Of a stretch of DNA of 64,000 nucleotides, positions 37,741 through 49,998 are shown piece by piece. The notes under the pieces are model-generated. The model was not told the origin of the DNA. It made no database searches and worked only from the letters and a program-made list of their open reading frames with translations. Within the stretch, counting starts at the first letter, position 1, and every line of letters starts with the position of its first letter. The stretch covers positions 11,656,001-11,720,000 of the forward strand of contig NC_081333.1 in the NCBI RefSeq assembly GCF_022539665.2, read 5' to 3'. The stretch comes from Daphnia carinata (lineage: Eukaryota). The translations under genes were made by a program, and so were the position numbers.

Positions 37741-40269
37741 TATTAATAGAATGCTTACAGATAAACGATAAACCATCAACAGATAACCGTCACCTTACCA
37801 TCAAATGTGACAAAAACACATAAAGCAAAGCCAAAAAAAAAAATTGATAAATGCAATGTGTGAACAAAGCTAACACAAACAATGAAAGAAACGAATTTTG
37901 CAAAAAATATTTTATAAAAAAAATTTTATTGACAATTCTCTGGACATTAAAATTATTTTTGCAACTTTAAAAAGGCACAATAGCCCTTTCAAAAGTTGCC
38001 GTCAACCCAGGCAGGGGGAGACACTGCCTTGTTGACCCACCGGGGAGATTACCCGGTGATTGGCTAAGAGAAGCCGGAAGAAGAGCTGAAGATTTGGAAC
38101 ATTTTTACAGGAGCGATTAACCTTTAGTTCGGATTTGTGGGCAGCCACGTCACCCTCCGTGAACACATCATCGGACGAAGCGGCACCCCACGTCCCCTTT
38201 CCGGCCAGAGCCCTCCAAACCTCGGTATATGTTGTTTTTATATATACCGTACAGTAGGGGCATGACCCCCTACGGGCTTATTATGAGTCAAGGGGAAACG
38301 GGGCTTCAGAAAAGAAGGGAGCCCAGATATGCACTTCAATTTTTTAAATATCAAATACCGTCTGGGGAATCCGAATTAAGTATAGCAATGTCATGTCATC
38401 CATCCAATCAATACAATTTATTCAGTGTCTTGCCCCAACCAAGAATCTTTTCAGATCCAATGTTACTATTAACCTATATTGAGAAAAGAAAAACAACACC
38501 GTTAAACACATCAATTGTTGATCATGGAACTTACATGACTCATAGATTCAACTTCTGGTGGAAGCTTGGGAAAGGACATTCAAATTGCAGATTAACTTCA
38601 TTGTATAAGGCTCTTGAATGATAAACTAGCACCTGTAGAATGTTGCATTGTTGATAGTTGTGTTCCCAGTACATGAAAATCCTTTCCTATTGGATAAAAT
38701 TTTTTTTGGTAGATAAGACCTGGTTGGCAAAAAGGAGGAGAAATTCTTCGTCATAAATTCAAAATTATTTGAAGAAAAATCCTTTCATACCTAAAGAGTC
38801 CATGTATGATCTTCATCTCTGCAATAGCAGCAAAATTAAAACATCTTTAGGGCCATTTAAGTACCCAGTTTCCCCAACACTCTGAACGTAAAGGACAAGT
38901 TGTTCTTTAGACAGAGAAGCAGAATTATTTGAGGCTTCTAGCTGTGACAGAACTATAAAGGATTGCTGTTGTACTGGATTCATTAACACAAGATGGTACT
39001 TCTCATTAGGCAATTTGCATTACTCTATTAATTTACCTCACACCTTACGGTAATGCACTCTCAGTGTTTTTTCATCTGTAGGCTCACTCTTCCATCCTGT
39101 AACACTTCCAGACTTGATTTGATCCCCCGTTAAAATCTGTGAATGCAAAATAATAGCATTAAAAATACTTTTTCGATAGACAAAAAACCGAAAAGTACCT
39201 AATCCATGTTTCATGTTGAACTCGTGCCATTTCTGGGTTTCTGTACCACACCCATTTTGGGCCCAAATACGTTCCCACAATTGTTCAGTTCCTTCACTGC
39301 ATCAGCTTATTACTAACGATTCCTTTAGTGCAGCACTAACAGAATTTAAATTTTAACACACTGTCATGTGGTGGACTGAATAACTAAGCAATAAATAACT
39401 GTTTTTTAAAATTCTATACTTATTTTGAATTCTTATTTGAAAACTTTAGGTACCTGGCTGTGTTCGCCTAATGCCAACTCATCCTCACGTTCAGTTACAG
39501 ATGAGTTTTGAAAAACCTCCTTCACTGTTTGGAAACTGTTCCGTTCCAATTTGTTCTTTTCCCCTAGCTGAGCTTGAAGACTCAAAATTTGAGCTACAAA
39601 ACACGAATGAATAAAAGCAAATAAATAGAATCATTACGTGTTAGGCCTACGATCCTTAGCTTTGTTATCTAATATTTTGTGTTGTTCCAATAACTGGGCC
39701 TGCAGCTTCATAATTTGATCTAATAAACAATAATTAATAATTGAAAACCAATATAATAATGTTTATACTTACCATTTTTTTGTTTTATTATCTTATCCAT
39801 TTTTCAATTGTTCCTCCATCCACGCGTTGTTCTCCAGCCACGCTACTCAATTAACTGCTAATGGGATACAATTAACTCAAATTGCTTACATGCCTGTAAT
39901 AACGAAACCGACTGATATATGGCTACGGGTAGAAAAAAGAGAAAAAAGTGCGATTTTTTTTTTTTTTCCGCCATTTTTTTTTTTTTTTCATGTAAAACGG
40001 ATTGCCATACTCTGCTAAAGCTAAAAACTAAAATAATAAAAACACATACATATATATTTCAAAAAGCACATAAGTTGGCTGAACAAGATCATGCGTTTTT
40101 AAATCGTCATTCATGTACAACCAGAAAAATTTCGTCCGACGAAGTAGAGAAAGGAACAAATTCATTTCGTGAAATTTATTAAATCGCATGGATTTGAAAG
40201 AAACCTCGACATGCATGTAAGAAAGCACTCTATGAAGTTGCCTTTGGCAGAAGACGTGGATCGCTTGAT

Positions 40270-40831
40270 TTATAGAAGTTTGACCGTTACTTCGAAGCAA
40301 ACAAGAGTGCTATCACTATCGTCGCGAAGTTCCCATATGGCTTTGGCGTTCACCTAAAATGGAAGGTGGAATGTAATTGCTTTCGAATTTTGAGTGGTAT
40401 GTTTGGTCTACATGGTAAATCGCCTTTCAGGTAGGAAAAAACTGATTTTTTCATTTCTTAACGCAAACAGTACTATTGAACGAAGCTTACCGAAGGGAAG
40501 GCAGAAGATAGAACTAGAAGGGTTGACATAGTAATGGGCTCAGCCACTGCCACAGGGCAGTCACCAACTTTTACGTCCTCGCAAGCAGGAGGAAATCTAC
40601 CAGGCCTAATGATAAAACGTCAATAAAGAACGCGATGACTAACATTCTTGCACATTTTTGAAATCGCATACCAAGGAAGAGTTACGCCACCAATAACGCC
40701 CTTCACGTCGGTCGTCAATGTGTTAGTAGAAACCGCTATCCAATACGAAAATTACAATAAATTAGAAGATTAAATTTTATTGTTATTAAAGATTTGTTTT
40801 TATATACGCACCTGAGACGAAATCATATTCG
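40270..40831 (-). pseudogene. 5'-truncated inverted copy of NPC2 paralog 2 (end of exon 2 through exon 5)
   Basis: Reverse complement of 34169-34730. The breakpoint falls inside exon 2, so promoter, ATG and signal peptide are missing. Confidence 0.9.
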
Positions 40832-41087
40832 TATTATTTTTTTTCCACTTCTTCCACATTCTATACGAACTAAACATAAAAATACGATAATATAACTACA
40901 CAAAGGTTAGAAGTTAATTTTGATATGTAACAGGTAATGGGATAATGGGACATGTCCCCTTGTTTGGACTTAGAAAATTTTTCAAGTAGGTGCAGCCTTT
41001 ATTTTTTATTCAATATCGGTCGTAAGCGTATAACGAAGAGTTGTCTCACCATACTAATACACCATGGTTCAAGTAACCATATCCAAT

Positions 41088-41611
41088 TAGGGCTCGGCCC
41101 CGATCGTCTTTGATCGGGGCAAACCGCGGTTTTTCATTTAAAAATCGTCAAACCGTCGGTTCAGTTTGGTCATTTTTTACTGCGGTTCGGTTTTCGGTTT
41201 GCAGCTGGGCAAAACCGGTTTGAACCGCCATTAAAAATTTTTTTTTAAACTTAGCTGAAATTCCAAATCAAGTAATTATCACTAATTGTTGTGAGCGTAA
41301 TGGTGATCGGCAACTTGTTGTAAATCAAATTTCCGATCAGACTTGTAGACATCGCGATCGAAAATTGGTCGATCCTTCCGCCATCTAGCGACAAAATCTG
41401 TTACTGATGTTATTGTCCTATGCAAACCACAAATCCGCGGTGCAAACCGTAAAACCGCGGTGCAAACAGAAAACCGCGATACAAACCGTCAAACCGCGGT
41501 TCAATCGGTTTGAAAAACGGCAAACCGAACCGCACCGGTTTGTCCTTTAAAAAAAAAAAAACCGCGCGGGTCGGCCAAAATCGTGCCCGATCGTCGCGGG
41601 GCCGAGCCCTA
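41088..41611. mobile_element. Non-autonomous hAT-like MITE (TIR TAGGGCTCGGCCCCG)
   Basis: 5' TAGGGCTCGGCCCCG and 3' CGGGGCCGAGCCCTA; near-perfect 8-bp TSD tatccaat/tatccaaa; many subterminal AAACCG/CGGTTT repeats; no ORF. Confidence 0.85.
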
Positions 41612-41751
41612 TATCCAAACCATGTCTGAAGGAATCAATGAGAAAATTAAATAGGAATCTGGCCGCTAGATGGCCATAGCTGTAAAAAAGAAAAAAAAGG
41701 CCAATTTTTTTTTTTTTTGGGGGGTAAAACGGATTGCCATAGACTTATGGC

Positions 41752-42193
41752 CAGACCTGCCGTAATCGCGATTGAAAATTAATCGCGATTGCGATTTCGA
41801 TTAAAATTTTAATCGGCGATCAAATTATTTTAAAATAATCGAAATCGGCGATTAAAGTGGAAAAAATTAATTTTTAATCGCGATTATTTTTCGATTATTT
41901 AGCGACATCTATGAACGGTAGATGAGACTATATGAAAGTCTACTCATAGCTTTGTCATTTTTGTAGCAGACGCTTTTTTTAAAATTTTCACTTGTTTCAA
42001 TTTTTTCAATTTAAACAATGGCAAGTTATTTTCTTACTGCTAGATGGCGGTCAAAAATAATCGGAAAAACAATCGCTAAGAAATTTAATCGCCGATCAAA
42101 TTTTTTCAACAGACGAATGATCGCCGATCATTTTTTTTGCGATTATCGACGGCTACCGATAATCGCTCAAGAAATAATCGGACGGCAAGTCTG
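41752..42193. mobile_element. Non-autonomous hAT-like MITE (TIR CAGACCTGCCGT/ACGGCAAGTCTG)
   Basis: Perfect 8-bp TSD CTTATGGC at 41744-41751 and 42194-42201; subterminal AATCG/CGATT repeats. Confidence 0.88.
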
Positions 42194-42839
42194 CTTATGG
42201 CAATCCGTTTTACCCAATAAAAAAAAAAAAATATTGGCCTTTTTTCTGTTTTACTGCTATCGCCATCTACTGGTCACATTTCTAGTTAATTGTCTACATA
42301 CACTAACCGAAAAAATTTTTAAGCCCGACTAAATAAGCCCAACTAAATAAGCCCGACTTTTCTCGGTCGGGCTTAATTTTTTTTTCTGAAAAAACTGACA
42401 TTCATCGGAATTGGTTGAATATCACAGGGTATACTCAAAATTGAATACTGATTCCGGGAAAATTGCTTTTTTAAAAATTAATTTAATCATTTTTGAAATA
42501 CACCGAATGTTTGACTCAATGTTAGCGCGCCAGTACGCTACAGCGCTAGCGCGATGCAGCAGAAATCTCAAGTGCAATGCAATCATAATAAAGTTGGCAA
42601 CGCCATCGGTGTCAATCTGAGGTGCTCTAGGTATTGTCTGCTAGTGTTTAAAATTTTCAGTGAGTACGAGGTGTCAATTGTGAATGCATGGCGTTTGTAT
42701 GTTACAGCATAAATCAAATATCTTGAAATGGACACATCTTTCACTCGTAAGTTGAAGAACACGATGGCAATTGATGGGTTAAATTTATGTTTCGCCACTT
42801 ATTGGTTTAATTTGCTGAGCTGCTCACAGTTTCATTAAT

Positions 42840-43641
42840 ATGGTTTCTCCTGGCAATATGCAATGCTTTTTCGTAGTGAGCAACAGCCCTTCACCTGTAA
42901 AAAAATCGGGAAACTCTCAGCGAGCATTTGAACTAGCTGGGGAGCTATATAGCCAGATCCAACAATGGTATCTCTTAATCACTACAGGAAGAAATATAAT
43001 CAATAACATATTGCAGCTGAAAACAAAATTATGGTAAATTTTCAATTAAATAATTGCTAGAATGTGTTTTTAAGTTCATAAGTACTACACCATCAACCAA
43101 ACAGGGAAAATCCAGGTAATGCTGCTGATTTGTCGGAACTACAATTCCAGTGTGATCAACTTGGATCAGTTGTTTCTGAACTGGTCAGGTCTAAAAACAT
43201 TAGACACAGTTACAAAGTTACTAATTTGAGACTACTTAGGAGGTGCTGCCTAAACAAATGGAAAAAATACAAGACCAGTACAAAGCATTGGAAAAATTGG
43301 GTGAACTTCAGAAAAAAATTGGATCAAACATCACATGTGATTCCACACCATTAATGTTTCTTACTTGGCCAAACTCCAAATTTGGTAATAGGGATTTGTA
43401 ACTCACCTTGGTGATGAATGAGCTGTTAATTTTTTATCCTTTAGTTGTAGTTGTCACTTCCATTAAAGATGCTTTTAATAAGGAGTTGCAATTGAAAAAA
43501 TGCATTGCTGAAAATGTGGCACATTGTCAGCAGAAACAAATGCTTGATTTACATAAAATTGCCTGGGTCCATCAGGTTTATGTAACTTATACTACTAAGC
43601 TCCAGTTAGAAGCCCTCTTGGTAGAAACTGGTCAACGTTGA
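42840..43641 (+). CDS. CINP: CDK2-interacting protein (CINP)-like, 4 exons
   Basis: IQQWYLLITTGRNIINNILQLK, PLMFLTWP and C-terminal FNKELQLKKCIAENVAH...AWVHQVYV resemble conserved CINP blocks. GT-AG introns. Confidence 0.7.
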
Positions 43642-43866
43642 AGACATTTATTGGCAATTGAAGGTATGGAAATTACATAACTGATTTTGAAAAGAGTTTA
43701 CTTTTATTATTTTTTTCTCTTTATTGGAGAATTTTATTTCCCAGATGAGAACTTTTTAAAGATCGGCATGTTTTATACGTTAAATACCATAGAACACCGA
43801 TTTTTAAAAAGTGATTTGAAAAATGTCTTCAAATGCAGAAAATGCTATTTAATTTAAAACGACTTG

Positions 43867-46022
43867 CTAGAGATCGCATCCGAGGCGCTCTATCTCTTCT
43901 GCGAAGAATTCCATGTCTTTCGTATTGACACCCGAGCTTTGTAGAACTAGTCGGAAGAAGTTTGGCAAATTTCTCAGCGGTTGGTAGGTGATCATCATGC
44001 TGCCCTTTTTGATCATACGTTCTTTGATCTTTGGAGCGATCTAAATCGAATGCGGTTTTACGTAAAAAAGAAATTCTCCTTTAAATTGTAAATCGAAGTA
44101 AGAGCTATTGTACTCGGTGTAGCTTTTCATGATAATCTTCGTCATGCTGAGAATTTCGAAGGCTTGGCGGAATATACCAAAAGCATACGTTCACGAATGA
44201 TGGCTCCTCTAGTACTAGTTTGAAACCTTCGCGATCCCGAATAATTGAAGTGAAATAGGCTGCATTTTCAAAGAGTGTATCCACATGTCTTTCCAAGCCT
44301 AAACTTCCCTGCGATAAGTTGAGATGAAAGGGAAGAGCAATGGCGTTAAGATACTTGCTCGCTAGTTTTAATTGGTTAGCAACAATTCCTCCTAAGTTTA
44401 TTCTGTACAATAATTTGAGCAGTGTTTTTTTTTGTGAAAATTTACCTTCGCTTGCCACATCAGCCAAAATTTGAGGACGTCTGCTCGTCGTCCGCATTGC
44501 AGATATTTGTCTCCGACGTCCCACTTGGGATCATAAAACTTATCTTTTTGAAACAAATAAGACGCTGAAGCGGAATTGGCCTCCAGGAGAAGGTTTAGAT
44601 GTCGTGTCAAAAAAGTGGAACACTGCTGAGGTACCCCAAGCAATTTGTGGGGGTTCCACGTTACGGAATCGGCTCTGGTTAGTAAGATGAAACAAGTTAA
44701 GTTGCTTCTTTGATTATTCTGACATTTTTACCGCTGAATTCCATTTAGGATATGACGATGCTTTGTGGACATAAGAGCTCCGCCTCCCCATGCTGCGTCT
44801 ACATGCATCCATAGACCAAATTCTTGACATATGTCAGCGATCCCGTCAAGAGGATCTGTTGAGCCTAAGACGGTGGTTCCTGCGGTTATATACAATGCCG
44901 ATAATTAAGATAAGTAAGATTTTGATACTGGTAAATTATATTGACCGGCTGTGGCCGACACCATAAATGGTCTGGCACCCTCCTTGAGAGCTCTTTGTAT
45001 TTCTTCTCGAAGATGTGCGAGATTCATTCGACCATCATTATCCACATCTACTAGGTAAAGATTGGATGTGCCTATTCCAAGAAGGAAACAAGCTTTCTTG
45101 ATTGAATAATGGGCATCTTTGGACGTCAAAACCACTAGGCGACGTGATGCAAAAGTTCCTTTTTCCTGAAATTTCAATAAAAGCTGAAAAATCAGTTTCC
45201 TACCATTGAATGATGCAACACAACCGTGTTTTCTAGAAATTGCAACCTCATAAGTAAACGAAATATTTATAGTGGTTGAACTTGATTTAGCTTTTGTAAG
45301 ACACTTAACAAATTTTTAGGAAACATTGGTTGAAATCGAATCCTTGGGTTTACTTTCAAATCCGGCATAGCGTGATGTCGAGCACATTGAATCCCGTATA
45401 TATTAGCCATTGAACCGCCTGGGCAAAAAACTCCATCGCCACTGCCACCTGGGAATCCTACGTAACGTCGCATTTCGCAAAGAAGTTTATGCTCCAGGAG
45501 CGTAAAAACAGGAGCAACTTCGTATGTATAAACACTGGGATTCAAAGAATCTGTTACCCACTGGGCCACAAGTCCGTATGGATCCAAACTAGTTTAAGGA
45601 AAAAAATAATCAAAGGTAAGTTATATAATTGGTATAGATTTCGGTGTGGCGTTATCAGTAGAATAATACGTTTTTCTTTACCTTGAAAATAGTTGATTGA
45701 TGAAATGTGGATGACCAGTCTTTACGCTGTAACGTACAACGTCCTTTATAAGTTTGATTAGATTCTCGTCCGATTCAGGATTTTTTGGCAGCTCTTCTCC
45801 CAGTAAAGCCATCAAAGATTCTGGCTCCATCCATTCGATGACTAAACTATCATTTGACGTTCCCTGGAACACAGCTTCTTTCAACAGAATATCAATAACC
45901 TGTCGGATGAATTGTTCGTGTTGGTATTTGGAAGGTTTTGTTTGAAAGCGATCCATTAAAGTTGGTGTTTCAGAGTTCAGTTTACAGTGCGATATAACGG
46001 TGTTAGTGTTGTCTTTTTGCAT
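43867..46022 (-). CDS. PLP-dependent group II acidic amino-acid decarboxylase (CSAD/GADL1/black aspartate 1-decarboxylase-like)
   Basis: [71 protein letters not shown]-Lys [18 protein letters not shown] and NFFRLV. About 7 exons. Confidence 0.93.
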
Positions 46023-47125
46023 TGTGGAACAAGTCGTGTACGCGTAACACGGTTGAAAGCTACCGACAAGCAGTGAAAAACTGAAAGATCAATTGTGGTC
46101 AGCTGCTTATATACTCCGGACACTAAAATGGCTACAACGTACGTTCGATCTCACTGATCGCCTGTGAATTGGATTCAGAGGGAAACTGAAACGACTTCAC
46201 CAACGTTATTCCCTACATGGCAGGACATATTCCAAACGAAGGATTTCCGTCGTGTTTATACGAAGGAAGGCAGCAATTGCAGTTTGATTTTCTACTTTCA
46301 TTTCGATGCGAGCATTTGGTTTACCATCGATCGCATCCAACCGGTTGAAGCTAGTTAAGTTTTTTTTTTTCATGTAATTGGCATTCAATTTCCTCCGGTG
46401 TGTATCGTATTGGGTTTTCCTCCCAAACAAAATTGCCAAAACTTCTGTGTTTACCATGGCGTATTCGACCATGGTTCTCTAGGGCACCGAAAGTGCATAG
46501 ATTCATGCGAAGTTGTTGAAGACGTCAACAAATTAATGTAACTTTAATTTTGAATTGCGCTTTAACGTAACCTTAGAACAATAAATTGGTCTGCCGCTTT
46601 GACTAAGGAATTTGTAAACGAGTTTTAAACAAAAGAAAGGTCTTGCAGTTTGGCGAACAGTAAGTTTTTTATTTACTCAAATTCAATGTACTTCGACTAC
46701 ATTAAAATATCATAACAAGTGCAAAAAGGTGTCCCTTAAGCCACAAGAAATGTTAGCGGTTAAATTGTATGAATCATAACTCAATGAATGAGCATCAGCA
46801 TGCGATACTGAAAGATGATGTATCATTTCCCAAATGAATTGAATTCTGGATTAATAGTATAAAAAGTATAAAGTAGTAACATAAAATGAACAAAAAAAAT
46901 TAAGTTGAATTAAACCCATGAGAGTACTACTATCGTAACCAAGTGGTCGATGGTATACTATAACATCTCAGCTAGACAGAATCCATAGAGGAAATTCATT
47001 ATATTTAAGAAACAGGTGGTTTGGCGAGAAACATATATATTTGTATTATTATATTAAGCAAAATTTGAAATTTAGTCAAGAATGTAAAAACGCAACAACA
47101 CTTTGTTTACTTTTATTTTCAAAAA

Positions 47126-47965
47126 GGCTGGTTTGAAGAGAAAGCCAGTAGCTGAATCAGAATCAGCGTTTAATGGTCATTATACTCTGTGATTTTCATC
47201 GAATTCCAAGAGCTTTCGTTTTTGGCCGATTTTGACAAAAGTGAGAAGGCTATAGCCTTCCCACTTTTTCATTTTTGGCTAAAATCTAGATTTCGTTAAA
47301 AATACGTCATTTCGATTGGAAATTATACAAGGATCACGAAAATCGACGTTATTTTCTCGTAGGACTGATAGTTCCAGAGTTATTTGACTTTTAAGTGGTT
47401 GCGGGGCTTGAAAAATAAGCCCGACGCAAAAAAGCCGGGCTTAAAATTTCTATAGATTTTCCTGTAAAAAAATAATAACGGCTGGTTTAAGGAGAAAAAC
47501 ACTCACATGATCGACCTCAGCATTCAATTTTGGCTATTCCATGGGATTTTTTATCGAATTCCAAGAGATTTCGTTTTTGGCCGATTTTGACAAAAGTGAG
47601 AAGGCTATAGCCTTCCCACTTTTTCATTTTTGGCCAAATTTCAAATTTCGATTTTAATATATGATTTCGATGCAAAATTGAATGCTAATTATGAAAATGA
47701 AGTTTATTTTTCAATTCGCGTTATAGTTTTTGAATTAAACTTAAAAAACAAAAAGTCGGTCTTAAAATTTCTATAGATTTTCCTATTTAAAAAATAATAT
47801 CATTAAACCTGGATAACTACATACGAATAAGATTCAAAATTTAACAAGGAACACGAAAATGAACTTTTTTTTTCGTAGATTTTATGGTTTTTGAGTAATT
47901 TAAAATATAAAAGTGCGCTCGATAGAAATGTTAAACCCGACAAAATAAGCCCGAATTTTCCTATT
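47126..47965. repeat. Diverged ~320-355-bp tandem repeat (2 copies plus a partial), probably a transposon remnant
   Basis: Near-identical block ATCGAATTCCAAGAG..TTTTGACAAAAGTGAGAAGGCTATAGCCTTCCCACTTTTTCATTTTTGGC at ~47198 and ~47553; CTTAAAATTTCTATAGATTTTCCT at 47440 and 47761; AAGCCCGA motifs shared with 42321-42376. Confidence 0.75.
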
Positions 47966-48597
47966 TAAATATACATTTTACGTTATGTTTAACATATACA
48001 TATACATTTGCCAATTATACATTTTGTCTGTTGTAGGTACAGTATGAAAATTGCGTATATATCTAGTGGTTAGACTTTCCGTTTTACCAATCGATTCCAA
48101 GTTTTAACCCCTACTTAAATAACCTAAGCAAATAACAAGATGCCCCACTCTACGCTCGACGTTATAAATTCTATTTTACTAACTTGTTTGTTAAACTTAT
48201 TTGTTTACCAAACTTATCACCAATGACGCCAACGCTTAAATTGTAGTAGATTTCCCGCCTGCTATTTCCCCTGTGTGATTCATGAAAGGGGCCTGAACCC
48301 TACCAAGACTTTCCGTCGTACTTTTACTGGTAGGGTTCAGGCAGTTGAACGAGATGGAGTTGGTATACCAGGGCCCTTGCAAAACACTGTACCATATCGG
48401 CGAGTCGGCTGAGACGAGGTTGTCGGAGCTTTCTTTAACTATTTTAAGGATTTAGCGGATCGTCAAAACACGGAAAGCAGACGAACGCAGCAATAAAGTT
48501 AATTCCGTTTTCACGTGGTAACTTGAAATGACACAAACATGGGCATTTTAATACAATATTTTCTCATCAATTTACTTTTTTTCTAGGTCCTGGCATA

Positions 48598-49897
48598 ATG
48601 GCAGAAATACTTTTAAGTGAAGCTGAAAAAGCATTTATTCATCATGGGGTACAGGTGGGCAAATTACTATACCTATCCTCTAACAATGTATACAAGCATC
48701 TTTAGGAGATTAGTTATAAGGTTACACAAAGTGAAGCAAACATTTACCCATGAAAAAATTAATACTTATCTTTTCTGCAATGTGTTTTTATGGAACATGA
48801 TAGGATGACTTACGATGTGATGGCAGGACAAGATTAGATTATCGTCCCATAATCCTTGAGACTGGTTTGGTTTCTAATGCCAGTGGCTCATCAAGGCTTA
48901 GACTTGCCAACTCAGATGTTCTTGTGGGGGTCAAAGTAGAATTAGCTTCACCTTTACCTGAAAAACCTTTGGAAGGAAGGCTGGAATTCTTTGTGGACTG
49001 GTCTGTTTAAATTATGACATATCATGTAAAAATCACATTCAGAGCCATGCATTTTCAAATCATAGTTCAGCAAATGCAACTCCTGAGTTTGAGGGAAGAG
49101 GTGGTGAAGACTTGGCAAATGAAATTTGCAGATTTTTGCAGATGTCTTACATGTCAGGAGATACAATAAATTTAGCAGAACTCTCTGTTTTGGCTGGCCA
49201 ACAGTGTTGGGTCTTATATGTTGACATATTGGTAAAGATCAATTACTTGTTTAAGGATCATGAATTTGCTGTTAACAATTTTTTAATATTTAAATAGATT
49301 CTTGAATGCGGTGGAAACCTGTATGACACAGTGTCATTGGCCGTAAAATCTGCTCTTTACACGACGCAAATTCCGTCCATTAAAGTAGCAACCATGGATG
49401 GAGATCAACCTGAATTAGAACTGTCCGAAGATCCTTACGATACTAAGAGATTAAACACGCAGAACGTGCCATGTCTTGTAACGCTGATGAAAGTAAATAT
49501 TTTAAACTTGTTTCCTTACGGTGTTCTGGTAATTAAAAAACATACTTATGTCTTTAATCAGATTGGAAACCATTACCTTGTTGATCCGACACCCGAAGAA
49601 GAATGCTGCAGTTCTTCGGGGGTTGTCGTTGCAGTATCTGGTACCAAGAAGATCACGGCCGTTAGGAAAATCGGCTCTGGAAGCTTACATCCAGAAAGCC
49701 TAGTGTCAATGCTTAAAGTAATACTCAATAACACTATGAATATCACAAATATTCTAGGAAACCGTAAAAATATTATGTTTCTTTTGCCATAACAGACAGC
49801 CAGCGAAGTGGGTGCGGTTGTTAACAAGATTCTTATGAAGACGCTATTGGAAGAAGAAAGGGCGGGGAAAACCCAAAAAGTGGGTTTCATGCGGTGA
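48598..49897 (+). CDS. EXOSC7: Exosome complex component RRP42
   Basis: MAEILLSEAEKAFIHHGVQ/DDLRCDGRTRLDYRP, SNASGSSRLRL, FFVDC/SANATPEFEGRGG, CWVLYVDIL/ILECGGNL and LVDPTPEEE. About 6 coding exons. Confidence 0.95.
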
Positions 49898-49998
49898 ACT
49901 TCACCTACTGTAAGAAGTTTGTATGATTGAAATCTGTTCAACAATATTTTTGAAATTACAAGTTTCACGTTAAATTTCGAGCTACTGCTATTTTACTG

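Larger units (their letters stand above)
34169..40831. repeat. Large inverted duplication/palindrome: arms ~34169-37250 and ~37750-40831, spacer ~500 bp
   Basis: Mirror positions sum to 75000 throughout (e.g. ORFs 36379-36771 and 38229-38621 are identical on opposite strands). Only ~4 mismatches noticed by eye outside the innermost ~200 bp, where identity decays. Confidence 0.97.

Noticed and set aside
42300..47965. One large transposon bracketing CINP and the decarboxylase via shared AAGCCCGA motifs
   Set aside because: No matching TIR pair or TSD was identified, and the enclosed genes are ordinary host genes. More likely separate remnants of one family.
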